DNA of 64,000 nucleotides from Octopus vulgaris. Taxonomy: Eukaryota. Position numbers and translations under genes: made by a program. The notes below the pieces were generated by a model, which ran no database searches, was not told the DNA's origin, and saw nothing but the letters and a program-made list of their open reading frames with translations. Location: contig OX597817.1 of assembly GCA_951406725.2 (NCBI GenBank), positions 15,686,001 through 15,750,000 of the forward strand, written 5' to 3'. The first letter of the stretch is position 1, and every line of letters starts with the position of its first letter. Below are positions 37,955-52,108 of the stretch, in pieces.

Positions 37955-38485
37955 ATTAATTCTTGTTTTATTGGCCACAAGGGCTAATATAAATCAAAAA
38001 ACATGTAAGGACAAACACCGGACGAAAATTACAAAGGGTCTTGCGAAAAAGAAAGGTCCGTGTAAACATTAGAAAACAGCGAAAAATATAACCGAACTCC
38101 TAATAGAGGGAGGTGCTTTGAAAGATTACTCGTGGAAAAACCTATAAAAGCCACGGGAGCCTGGTCAAACGAGGTGAGAGCCCCTTATTTTATATTCCAT
38201 TTTTGTTTTTACAGGTGTAACCTCAGAATTGGTCCGTTCATACTGGCCATTTTATCGACATTCACCCAACTTTTTATAAATTTGCTACGAGACAGCACTT
38301 CCCTCTCTACTCTCACCTTCCTTTTCAAGTGGAACTTGTAAAAATTGATGAGGCCTTGGCCAAAGAGGAAAATGTCTGACTTTAGCCCTTTCAAACGGGT
38401 CCACAATACCACCTCTTTCGTTACAGCCACCAGACAAATGAAAATTGTTTTGCCCTCCCCCTTAAAGGAGGTCGGCGGGACTAAC
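37955..38485 (-). mobile_element. 3' end of an L1/Tx1-like LINE
   Basis: VAVTKEVVLWTRLKG...LKRKVRVEREVL...FIKSW resembles the ORF2 C-terminus, followed by a T-rich UTR and microsatellite tail. Confidence 0.55.
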
Positions 38486-38745
38486 AATAACAACAACAAC
38501 ATTACTATTCATCCGTATAGAAAATGTTCCCATCTCTCTCTTTTGTTTTTATTTAATGTCTCTTCAGAAACATATTGCTGAAAGACTTTCTCCGTACTCT
38601 CCCAGCTAAACACACAACACTACGCTGGCTCTAAATGACCCTCTTTCTCCCTATCTCTTTCTCTTTTTTTTTCTCTCTCTCTCCTCTCTGTAATTACACA
38701 AAGCAGTTGCTGCCATTAATATTGCTATTTACTTTAGAGCCAGCC

Positions 38746-38776
<31 letters not shown>

Positions 38777-38779
38777 CCT

Positions 38780-38829
<50 letters not shown>

Positions 38830-39590
38830 CCTCTCCTTCTCTCCCTCCCTCTCTCTCTTTCTCTCTCCCCCTCTCTCTCTCTCTCTGATCCCATTGACTT
38901 TTCACTTGTTTGCTGACCAGAGAAGAAAATCGTAAGAAGATTCGCTCTTACTAATATTGCCATACATCCATATATAAAATGTCCCCTTTCTCTGTTTCTC
39001 TTTTTCCCTTATATTTATTTAAAATCTCTTCTGAAACATTTTCCTGAAAAAAACTTTCCCACCCTCTCTTCTCCGTACCCTAGATCCCAGCCACCCGACC
39101 CCTTTTCCCCCACTAACAGCTTCGTTTCGAGCAATCAAACAACAGCTAGTTTTAGATGAATGAAACAGCTTGTAGGATCATCGGTATAATGTGCCAGTGC
39201 ACATGTATAGCTGGTCTGACAAGTGAACTCCCAACGCTCCAGACACAGCAAACCAAAGCCAATACAAATCTCCGCCCTTACCTCAATAGAATTTCTCTCC
39301 CATATAAATATCAGCAGCAAAACTGGCAGACTGAACATTGCAATCCATTTTATACGGCCGTTGATAGTACTCTAAACAATAACAACACCTACGTCACCAT
39401 GACTACATAGCGCTGTCACTACTACAAGGACAAAAGCAACAGTAATAAGGATCGTAAAAAGAAGAGCAGCAATGGTAACAAAGCCATCGTGACTACAGGA
39501 AATACAAAAATAGCCAGAACAATGAAAATGATAAGACAATAACAACGCCAAAAGCAACAATACAGTTTACTGTAACAATACTAGTAAATA

Positions 39591-39979
39591 TGGGAGGCGC
39601 AATGGCCCAGTGGTTAGGGCAGCGGACTCGCGGTCATAGGATCGCGGTTTCGACTCCCAGACCGGGCGTTGTGAGTGTTTATTGAGCGAAAACACCTAAA
39701 AGCTCCACGAGGCTCCGGCAGGGGATGGTGGTGATCCCTGCTGTACTCTTTCACCACAACTTTCTCTCACTCTTACTTCCTGTATCTGTTGTACCTGTAT
39801 TTCAAAGGGCCGGCCTTGTCACTCTCTGTGTCATGCTGAATATCCCCGAGGACTACGTTAAGGGTACACGTGTCTGTGGAGTGCTCAGCCACTTACACGT
39901 TAATTTCACGAGCAGGCTGTTCCGTTGATTCGGATCAACCGGAACCCTCGTCGTCGTAACCGACGGAGTGCTTCCATCC
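39591..39979 (+). mobile_element. SINE family C
   Basis: TSD ACTAGTAAATA (39580-39590 / 39980-39990). Confidence 0.92.
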
Positions 39980-40320
39980 ACTAGTAAATAATATTAATAC
40001 TAACAATATGCTCTGGGTGCGGCATGAAACTGCATCCGGTTGTGGTGTCTCGACGTGGGAAGAATAGGGTTACCGTCAACCAGAACTACCTTCAGATCAC
40101 TGTGGGGCAAGGTGTAGTACCTGTAAGCCCTTCTCGAGACCTTGAAATACCAGGTTGACGTCTGTCTCACAGCCTTAGTTGAGAATGCCTCTAGAGAGAT
40201 TTTGCACCAATTTAGACATAATTTTTCCCACAATTTTGACATAATTTTTTGAAAATGGAAAATTATCAAATTAGACATTAGTGTGGGAAACATTGACGTG
40301 GAATCTAACAGAGAAAAGAA

Positions 40321-41347
40321 GGTAAATTTATAGTTCCACACCAGACTCGATTTCGGTACTAAATAATTTTTTCCCGCGTTTTTTTCTTTTTTGATTTTTT
40401 TTTTGTGTGCAAATGTCTTTGTTGGCCTCATAAGCTGTCGGAAATGCATTCTTTCCGCGGAAAACGGAGGGGGTGGGGTGGTGCGGAACTTCGGAAATTC
40501 TTCTTCCCGACCCCGTCTCCCGCATTTTTTTCTTTTATTCTTTTTTCGCTGCAAACGTCTAAATTGACCTCATACATTATGATTGAGCGGATTAGGAAAG
40601 GTCGCTTTGTTGCTCCTCTGACTGGTCAGAAGTGTGACAAAGCGACATTGCTTCCACTAATTCAAAAATACATCAAACCTGGCTCAGTTATCTATAGTAA
40701 TTATTAAGCGGCTTACAAAGATATACAAACATTCGGTTTGTATATCTTTGTAAGCATTACATGATAAACCACAAAGAAAATTTTGTTGATACCACATATG
40801 CACGCATACACGCAATGAACATCGAACGTTTATGGTGAGATTCGAAAGAATGAGTGAAAAGGTCAAGTATTCCTTCAAACTATCTACGCCAGTACCTGAC
40901 CAGGTATTTATTTATTTCTGCTACAGAAAACAACAACAGCAACAACAAAAATTGCTGCACCAATTTTTTTATTGAGGCAGCAAAATTATATACACCCTTC
41001 CCAGATCGCCAGTAAAGGATCGATTCCAGAACAAATCCAGAGACATAAGATATACAGGACTCCCCTAGGTTCCGTCCCATACCATCCCCTCCGTTTTCCA
41101 CAGACAAAATGCGTTTCCCACACATTATGATGTCAATTAAGAGGATTGGAACGAAAAACAAACGTAGGAGACGGGGTCGGAAAGGGGAATTTCCGAGGCT
41201 TCGCCCCACCTCACCCCTCCGTTTTCCTCGGTAAGAATGCATTTCCGACAGCTTACAAGGTCAACTAAGACGATTGCACCCCCCAAAACGTGAAAAAAGA
41301 ATGGTTTAGTACCCAAATCGAGTCTGGTGTGAAACTGTAAATTTACC
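40321..41347 (+). mobile_element. Merlin (IS1016/ISXO2-like) DNA transposon, internally deleted
   Basis: GG...CC termini, ~200-bp imperfect TIRs (GGTAAATTTA...CACACCAGACTCGATTT), 8-bp TSD GAAAAGAA; transposase remnants DKATLLPLIQKYIKPGSVIYS and KENFVD...NIERLW. Confidence 0.9.
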
Positions 41348-41365
41348 GAAAAGAATATTAATTGT

Positions 41366-41946
41366 GGTTGTATAAAGTCAACATAACGTGACAGTCTCGT
41401 AGAGGGCATTACACTACCACTATATAGCCCTTGGAAGCATCGACGCTTCCTGTCGGCTTTGACACATTTCCTGTGTCCTTATATTTGCAAAGGGGAGGCA
41501 AGCACCCCCACTAGCCAGGACTAGCAACCTGAAGACATGCATGTTTCTGGGTATTGCCCGTCGTCAGTCCGGGGTAGCGAGTCCCCGCTAGCGGTGATAC
41601 TTGCCAAGCCTTCGCAAATATATATATATTTACAGTGAAATCTATTCACTGGTCACCGTGATTAGAAATATTGAATTTCTAAATGTCTCAAAGAGACATG
41701 AGCGGTGGTGGAGCGATAGAGTGGTTGTATAAAGTCAACATAACGTGACAGTCCTGTAGAGGGAATTACACCACCGCTATATAGCCGTGTCAAAACCGAC
41801 AGGAAGCGTCGATGCTTCCTAGGGCTATGTAGCGGTGGTGTAATTCCCTCTACGGGACTGTCACGTTATGTTGACTTTATACAACCACTCTATCGCTCCA
41901 CCACCGCTCATGTCTCTTTGAGACATTTAGAAATTCAATATTCCTA
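41366..41946 (-). mobile_element. Retrozyme-like non-coding insert: 357-bp-period partial tandem + inverted segment, with hammerhead
   Basis: 12-bp TSD AATATTAATTGT (41354-41365 / 41947-41958); repeat at 41364 and 41721; 41787-41946 inverted. Confidence 0.8.
41528..41574 (-). ncRNA. Minimal type I hammerhead ribozyme motif
   Basis: ccccgga-CUGACGA-c ggg caaua ccc a-GAAA-caugcaug-UC^-uucagg; GUC site, palindromic stem III ACAUGCAUGU. Confidence 0.8.
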
Positions 41947-42060
41947 AATATTAATTGTTAAGCACCAAAAATTATCCAGATATTTAATTTGCAGCCTCAA
42001 TTACAATCGAGTCGAAGTTGAAGAAAAATTTCTTGAAAGAAAAGTAATACACTATACGTA

Positions 42061-42389
42061 TATACATTCATGCATGCATACATACATACATACATACATA
42101 CATACATACATACATACATACATAAATACATACATTCATGCATACATACATACATACATGCATACATACATACATTCATGCATACATACATACATACATA
42201 CATACATACATACATACATACATACATACATACGTACGTACATACATACATACATACATACATATATACATACATACATACATACATAAATACATACATT
42301 CATGCATACATACATACATTCATTCATGCATGCATACATACATACATTCATACATACATACATACATACATACATACATACATACATAC

Positions 42390-42420
<31 letters not shown>

Positions 42421-42482
42421 CATACATACATACATACATACATACATACATACATACATACATTCATGCATACATACATACA

Positions 42483-42513
<31 letters not shown>

Positions 42514-43948
42514 CATACATACATACGTACTTACATACATACATTCATGCATACATACATACATACATACATACATACATACATACATACATACATACAT
42601 ACATACATACATACATTCATTCATACAAACATACATACATACATACATACATACATACATACATTCATGCATACATATATACATACACACACATGCATAC
42701 ATACATACATACATACATACATACATACATACATACATACATACATACATACATACGTACTTACATACATACATTCATGCATACATACATACATGCATAC
42801 ATACATACATACATACATACATTCCTGCATACATACATACATTCATACATACATACATACATACATACATACATACATACATACATACATTCATGCATAC
42901 ATACATGCATACATACTTACATACATACATACATTCATGCATACATACATACATTCATGCATACATTCATACATACATACATTCATGCATACATACATAC
43001 ATACATACATACATACACACATACATACATACATACGTACGTACGTACGTACATACATACATACATACATACATACATACATACGTACGTACGTACGTAC
43101 ATACATACATACATACATATACATACATACATACATACATACATACATACATACATACATACTTACATACATACATACATTCATGCATACATACATACAT
43201 ACATACATACATACATACATACATACATACATGCATACATACATACATACATACATACATTCATGCATACATACATGCATACATACTTTCATACATACAT
43301 ACATTCATGCATACATACATACATTCATGCATACATTCATACATACATACATTCATGCATACATACATACATACATACATACACACATACATACATACAT
43401 ACATACGTACGTACGTACGTACGTACATACATACATACATACATACATACATGTATGTATGTATGTACGTACGTACGTACATACATACATACATATATAC
43501 ATACATACATACTTACATACATACATACATACATACTTACATACATACATACATTCATGCATACATACATACATACATACATACATACATACATACATAC
43601 ATACATACATACATACATACATTCCTGCATACATACATACATTCATACATACATACATACATACATACTTACATACATACATACATACATGCATACATGC
43701 ATACATACATACATACATACATACATACATACATACATACATACATACATACATACATACATACTTATACATACATACATACATACATACATACTTATAC
43801 ATACATACATACATACATACATACATACATACATACATACATACATACATACATACATACATACATAAATACATACATACATACATACATACAAACATAC
43901 AAACATACATACATACATTCATGCATACATACATACATACATACATAC

Positions 43949-43979
<31 letters not shown>

Positions 43980-45284
43980 CTTACATACAAACATACATTC
44001 ATGCATACATACATACATACATACATACATACATACATACATACATACATACATACATACATACATACATTCCTGCATACATACATACATACATTCATAC
44101 ATACATACATTCATACATACATACATACATACATACATACATACATACATACTTACATACATACATACATTCATACATACATACATACATTCATACATAC
44201 ATACATACATTCATTCATACAAACATACATACATACATACATACATACATACATTCATGCATACATACATACATACACACACATGCATACATACATACAT
44301 ACATACATACATACATACGTACTTACATACATACATTCCTGCATACATACATACATTCATACATACATACATACATACATACATACATACATACATACAT
44401 ACATACATACATTCATGCATACATACATGCATACATACTTACATACATACATACATTCATGCATACATACATACATTCATGCATACATTCATACATACAT
44501 ACATTCATGCATACATACATACATACATACATACACACATACATACATACATACGTACGTACGTACGTACATACATACATACATACATACATACGTACGT
44601 ACGTACGTACATACATACATACATATATACATACATACATACTTACATACATACATACATACTTACATACATACATACATTCATGCATACATACATACAT
44701 ACATACATACATACATACATACATACATACATACATACATACATACATACATTCATGCATACATGCATACATACTTACATACATACATACATTCATGCAT
44801 ACATACATACATTCATGCATACATTCATACATACATACATTCATGCATACATACATACATACATACACACATACATACATACATACATACATACATACGT
44901 ACGTACGTACGTACGTACATACATACATACATACATACATACATGTATGTATGTATGTACGTACGTACGTACATACATACATACATATATACATACATAC
45001 ATACTTACATACATACATACATACATACATACTTACATACATACATACATTCATGCATACATACATACATACATACATACATACATACATACATACATAC
45101 ATACATACATACATACATACATACATACATTCCTGCATACATACATACATTCATACATACATACATACATACATACATACATACTTACATACATACATAC
45201 ATTCATGCATGCATACATACATACATACATACATACATACATACATACATACATGCATATATACATACATACATTCATACATAC

Positions 45285-45323
<39 letters not shown>

Positions 45324-46316
45324 CATACATACATACATACTTACATACATACATACATACATTCATGCATACATACATGCATACATACTTACATACATAC
45401 ATACATTCATGCATACATACATACATTCATGCAAACATTCATACATACATACATTCATGCATACATACATACATACATACATACACACATACATACATAC
45501 ATACGTAGGTACGTACGTACGTACATACATACATACATACATACATACATACATACATACATACGTACGTACGTCCGTACATACATACATACATATATAC
45601 ATACATACATACATACATACATAAATACATACATTCATGCATACATACATACATTCATTCATGCATGCATACATACATACATACATACATACATACATAC
45701 ATACATACATACATACATACATACTTACATATATACATACATACATACATACATACATACATACATACATACATACATACATACATACATACATACATAC
45801 ATACATACATTCATGCATACATACATACATACATACATACATACATACATACATACATACTTACATACATACGTACTTACATACATACATTCATGCATAC
45901 ATACATACATACATACATACATACATACATACATACATACATACATACATACATACATACATACATTCCTGCATACATACATACATTCATACATACATAC
46001 ATACATACTTACATACATACATACATACATTCATGCATACATACATGCATACATACTTACATACATACATACATTCATGCATACATACATACATTCATGC
46101 ATACATACATTCATGCATACATACATACATACATACATACATACATACATACATACATACATACATTTATACATACATACGTACGTACGTACGTACGTAC
46201 GTACGTACGTACATACATACATACATACATACATACATACATACATACATACATACATACATACATACATACGTACGTACGTACGTACGTACATACATAC
46301 ATACATACATACATAC
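42061..46316. repeat. ~4.25-kb (CATA)n tetranucleotide array with variant units
   Basis: Seen directly; source of all HTYI/MYVC ORFs. Confidence 0.98.
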
Positions 46317-46336
46317 AGAAGAAGAAGAAGAAAGAA

Positions 46337-46613
46337 AATAACCAGAATGTGGAATCTAAAAACAGAAACAATTCCTATCATAGTAGGTGCATTAGGCATG
46401 ATAAAAAAATATTCAGACAAATACATAACAAAAACACCAGGACTTACAAACACATATAACATACAGAAAATTGCACTACTAGGCACTGCACACATCCTAC
46501 GCAGAACACTTTCAATACAGTAACCATCAGAGCATCGCAACAAAACACAGCACATACCCAAGGCGCACAGAGCTGCGCTCGGTAGTGGGGTGAAAGCACG
46601 ATATAAAAAAATA

Positions 46614-46620
<7 letters not shown>
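46337..46620 (+). mobile_element. R4/Dong-type LINE 3' fragment with (TAA)n tail
   Basis: ITRMWNLKTETIPIIVGALG...RRTLSIQ*; same family as 6021-6455. Confidence 0.88.
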
Positions 46621-46675
<55 letters not shown>

Positions 46676-46681
46676 TTATAT

Positions 46682-47236
46682 ATGCCCTAATGCAGTACCA
46701 GGCAGTGGCTCTCATGGCTTCTGATCTTAACTAATTGGAAGTGTTATCATGTACATTGTTTTGTCTTGGTATAAAAGATGGGCTACAGCAAATATTCTGC
46801 TCAATACCACAGATTTGCTTGTCAGTTGTTTGACCATAACCAGTTGAGCATGTCCCTTAGTGGCTGACAATACGTGCATCTCTGATCACGGGCAGAAGTA
46901 GTGGGGGAGCATCATAGCCATGTGGTGAGAGGGATTCTTTGGAGTTTGAATAATTCACCTCTGTAAACATGGGTGTTTCGTTCAACATCCTAAAGGGACA
47001 TTATTCAGGGACCTTTTGAGCAGGATGGGCTACTCGACCTGAAGAAAATTCTAACTGGGCCCCACCTGCAAGGTCATGTGCTGTTTATCTTGATACGAGA
47101 TCACAATGTCGCGCACATATGGTTGTGATGCATGTGCCTGGTGTACCCTTATCAGACGGGTAGTCATGATGTGTATATTGGGCTTCGTATATTTTACCCC
47201 AGTGTCACTTTGATGGCATGAACTGCTCTCTCACTC

Positions 47237-47240
<4 letters not shown>
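46682..47240 (+). mobile_element. Family D non-coding retroposon between (TAA)n tracts
   Basis: Homologous to 36560-37125. Confidence 0.75.
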
Positions 47241-47289
<49 letters not shown>

Positions 47290-47329
47290 TAATAATAATA
47301 ATGATAATAATAATAATAATAACTTGGTG

Positions 47330-48000
47330 AAAATGTATATATGCTGCACATGTGCAACAAACCTTTGCAGAATGTGTGGGAAGAGGGTCGAAAGCGTGAC
47401 TCACATTGTTAGTGCTTGTGAAAGTCTTGCGCAGAAAGAGTACAAGAGTGGACACGACAAGGTAACCCAACAACTCTACTGGCTACTATGCCATAAGTAT
47501 GGTTATGAGGTTACGGGTGCTTGGTATCAACATACACTGGAAAAGGTAATGGACGAAAGGGGGGGAGGCAAAAAGCCTCTGGGACTTTGACTTCCAGACA
47601 GACAAGGTATTAGAACACGGTAGGCCGGATATAGTAACTTTTTGGAGGAACAAACATGAGTGCTTAATAATCGACGTGGCAAGGAAATCAACAGATCATC
47701 ATGAAAGAAAGAGAAGAGGTTGATAAATATGGAGACCTGAGAATTGAGATTGCCAAGATGTGGCAGCTACGAGAGTCAAACAAAAAGGTTATCCCGATCG
47801 TCATCGGAGAATTAGGTTCAATACCACCCAATCTAAAAAAGAAACATCTGAAAACTTTAGAAATACCCTACAATCTAGGTGTATTGCAAAAGTCGGCATT
47901 ACTTGGAACTGCACGCATATTGAGGTCCTTGTTGTGACTTGACAAACAGTACAATATCTTTAATCAACAACCTCACCATATTGTACACTGTGCGACGTCT
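47330..48000 (+). mobile_element. R4/Dong-type LINE 3' end
   Basis: CRMC...ESVTHIVSAC...AQKEYK.GHD, RPDI, KYGDLRIEIAKMW, QKSALLGTARIL; followed by (TAA)n. Confidence 0.88.
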
Positions 48001-48015
48001 ATAATAATAATAATG

Positions 48016-48084
<69 letters not shown>

Positions 48085-48133
48085 GTAGTAGTAGTAGTAA
48101 TAATAATAAAAATATTAATAATAATAATAATAC

Positions 48134-48184
<51 letters not shown>

Positions 48185-48244
48185 ATCATATAGTTGCAAG
48201 AACTGAAACAAACAGTTGTCTGTTCAAAACAGGCAGAACCGGTC

Positions 48245-49490
48245 ATTTTAGTTAGGGACGTGAAGGAAATCAGCAAAAAGATGAGCAACTAGAAGACCCC
48301 GGGACCAGATGGAGTTCAATGCTACTGGATCAAAAGATTTGGTGAATGTCATGCACGAATAGATGCGAAACTCAACACCCTGTTAAATGCCGACCAAAGT
48401 AGATGACATTGGGTAGGACAGTGCTATACTTGAAAAACATCGAAAAAGGCAATACGGTAGACAATTACAGGCCGATATCCTGTCTGCCACTTATGTGGAA
48501 ATTATTGACTGGAATACTTGCAGAGTCAACGTACGAACATCTGGAAAAAAATGGAGTCCTGCCACATGCGCAGAAGGGTTGCAAGCGTAAGTGCAGAGAT
48601 ACCAAGGATCAACTCCTGATAGACAAAACTGTATCTAGAGACTGCAAGAGGAGGAAAACTAACTTAGCCATGTCATGGATCGACTATCGTAAGGCTTACG
48701 ATATGATCCCACACCCTTGGATAATGGAATGTATGAACCTATTTGGTATTGCATCGAATGTTGATCGATTGCTTGGAAATAGTATGGCGAACTGGAGGTC
48801 GGACCTAACAGTCAAAATTAAACGGACAGAATAAGATTGAAGCTTTCAACACCTGGGCTGTTTCACTCCTTAGATATGGAGCATGAGTAATGGACAGTAG
48901 ACGAACTAAACAGCTTAGACAGAAAGACAAGGAAGTTGCTAACTAGATATGGGACACTCCACCCAAAAAGTGACACAGGCAGACTATTACGCACCAAGGA
49001 AAAAAGGGGGAAGAAGACTTATTAGATGCGAACACAGCATTAAAACAAAAGAAAACAACATAGCATGGTATGTAAAAAATGCCACAGAACTGCTAATAGA
49101 AGTAGGAAGATCAGGCTTCTGTAGGATGAAATATAGCAAAGATAAAGCACTATACAAGACATTGAAAACGAATGAAACTGAAAATATATGGGTAGAGAAA
49201 GGAATGCATGGACAATTTCATAGGGATGTTGAAGATAAGACAGACAGAGAAAAAAGATGGCTGTGGATGACGAAAAGTGATTTAAAACCGGAAACGGAGG
49301 CTCTAATCTATGTTGCCCAAGAGCAAGCACTAAAAACAAACTACAAAAAATACTGAGTAGACAACACATCAGAAAGTGATAAGTGAAGCATCTGTGGACA
49401 AAATGGTAGAACCGTATGGCATATTACCAGCTAATGTACGCCACTAGCCCAGAAGGAATATAAGAGAGGCCACGACAATATTGCACGGAC
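48245..49490 (+). mobile_element. R4/Dong-type LINE RT fragments with internal deletions
   Basis: [17 protein letters not shown]...QKGC...TKDQLLID...[13 protein letters not shown]; MHGQF...LKPETE...AQEQAL. Confidence 0.88.
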
Positions 49491-49530
49491 AAAAGCCCCA
49501 TAGCTAAAGTGTGAAAGTGAACAAAAGCTA

Positions 49531-52108
49531 TGTAGACAACCGTAGTTGAATCCATGTACGAACGCGGGTCATCTGGAGTTTTCTCCCCTGGTCACATCGT
49601 TAACACCGAGGTGGCGCTCGTGAGAGAGAGAGATAAAATGACGTGCAGAGCCAATAAGGGCCTCTTTTGTCCACCAAGCAGCCTGCTGCTAACTGCATCA
49701 TCTCCCTCTCTCTGCTAGTAGACTACCCGCGCCGATTTGAATTGAGTGGAATCCACTAACTTCATTCTGTTCTGTAAAATGTTAAATATTCAAGCTGTGT
49801 ACGAATGCTCTCCTCCCAGATTGTAATAAATATACCATGTACACGAAGGCCTCAAAAACTCATACGAATTGTTGTTGTTTTTCATTGGATTAACTCTTAC
49901 AGCTATCGAAGGATTATCGGATATTTTATTAAATTAGTGGGCTATAAGCTTGCTAAAGTGGTGACCCCGACGTCGGAAACTATCCGCCGGGTAGTTTCTT
50001 TCAAAGAAGCAATCAACAAAAAAACAAAAAAGTATGTATTTTAAATAGCTCGTTCTCTTTTTTTTTTGTCATCCACGTGTGCGAAGATTCAGTTGTTGAC
50101 AACATGGCGAATAGTTTTCCTCTCCATTGCTTGATCATGCGCTTCACGCATGCGTCTTAATGCTTTGCCTCGTTTTCGCCGGGATTTTACCTGCTCGCCG
50201 CCATTACTCAACATTCTCCTAATTCGTCGTGTAGGTTCTAATATACAAGTTGGGAGCGAGATACGAGTCACGAAGGTTTTGTCGGACTGCGCCTGCTGGT
50301 TTGTTTCTTTCAATTTCACAATGAGCCATTCACCGGTACCAGCCTTTAGTGGTGATGTGCGAGTATGGTTTTGCCAGCTGGACTTCTACTTCGTGGCAAA
50401 CGACATTTCGTCCGACCGACACCAACTACATATCCTACTAAGCTCCATCCCTCCATCACTGGTGAATAGTCTCAAGGATATTATTATCGACATCCCTAGA
50501 GATGCCACGTACGCATCCGTCAAGAGTGAGATCATTCACAGGACGGCCGTACCCGAGACCAAGCGTTTCCGCACGTTAGTTTGCGACGAACATTTGGATG
50601 GCAGGACGCCGACTCAACTGCTGCGCAGAGAGAGCTGACGGAAGATTCTGCCAGAGACAGTTCCCTGCTAAAGCAGTTTTTTTTCATCCGTTTGCCTTTG
50701 CTCGTGCAGGGGATTCTTGCCCCCAGCATGGAAGTCACTCTTATCGACCAGTTGGCCTTGTCTGCAGATAGGATTTTAGAATACACTGGAAATGGAGCTG
50801 CGGACAGCAAATTGGTTGCTATTTCCCCTCTTCCCTCAACAGTCGTAACCTCATTCCAGTAGCCTGATTCCACTCTACAGGCTATCAGAGAACTTACCGA
50901 GCAGGTGAAGAGCCTATGTGCCACTCGGAATGCACCACGATGGCGAACTTTCAGCCGGTCACCTTCCCCAATGCGACGTGCCTTACCTCCTGCCCCTCGC
51001 AAGACTTATGCTGGTACCATCGTCGTTTTGGCCGGAATGCTAGGAAGTGCATTCAACCGTGCTCTTATGGGAGCCAGGGAAACTCCACTACGGGACGCTA
51101 AGCGCGGCGGCTGCTCTCAGTACATATCCCCAGAGCCGTACATTTTTCGTTAAAGATTATTCATCAAGCAAATATTTCCTGGTGGATTCCGGTGCGGCCT
51201 GTCGTATTTGGCCGCTGAAATTCTTCAAGGATAAGCCTCTTCTATCAGATGTTACCCTGCAAGCTGTCAACCACTCACCCATTTCAACCTACGGTCAGGC
51301 TTCTCTTTCTCTGGATTTGGCCCTTCAGCGGGACTTGAGACGGATTTTTATCATCGCTGATCTGCCCTATCCAATCCTCGGCGCAGATTTTCTCCATCAC
51401 TTTTCCCTCATGGTTGATGTACGTAAGCAGAGACTGATAGACAGCACCACGGATCTCCATATTCCTGGACGAATGGCGAATACTCCGGCAGCCAGCCCAG
51501 TTTTCTTCAAAGCCGCAGCTGGTGATCGGTATCAGGCTATTTTGGCCTCTTTCCCAGAGTTGACCAAACTCAACTTCCAGGTGGATAACCTTGCCCACTC
51601 TACAAGGCATTTTATTGCTACACCCGGGCCTCCTGTTTTTTCTCGACCTCGTCGCCTATCTCCGGAGAAGCTTAAGGCAGCCAAGACGGAGTTTGAACAC
51701 ATGCTTCAGCTAGGAATTAGCCGCCCCTCCACCAGAATATCTACAGAACTGCCGTTTGGGCTGCGAAATGCCGCTGGTACATTCCAGCGTTTTATAGATG
51801 AGGTCATTCGTGGGCTGGACTCTGCTACTAGACTACCCGCGCCGATTTGAATTGAGTGGAATCCCCTCTATACCAGTCATGGAAGGCGGCAAAACCTTAT
51901 CTTATTCATCTTCATTCTGTTCTGTAAAATGTTAAATATTCAAGCTGTGTACGAATGCACTCCTCCCGGATTGGAATAAATATACCATGTACACGAAGGC
52001 CTCAAAAACTCATACGAATTGTTGTTGTTTTTCATTGCATTAACTATTACAGCTATCGAAGGATTATCGGGTATTTTATTAAATTAGTGGGCTATAAGCT
52101 TGCTAAAG
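49531..52108 (+). mobile_element. Gypsy LTR retrotransposon, CsRn1-like clade, internally deleted
   Basis: LTR segments 49709-49957 and 51820-52108; PBS TGGTGACCCCGACGT (49959-49973, complementary to the tRNA-Trp 3' end); Gag Cx2Hx9Cx3C; protease FLVDSGA; RT PFGLRNAAGTFQR. The 5' LTR start is approximate. Confidence 0.9.

Noticed and set aside
29457-39371. Alternative Trp-rich frame of the candidate exons needing stop-to-Trp editing
   Set aside because: About five stops in ~60 codons is what a random frame gives; another frame is fully open.
42070-46523. Very long ORFs (up to 1184 aa, HTYI repeats)
   Set aside because: Stop-free translation of (CATA)n; the C-terminal LINE peptide is a chance fusion.
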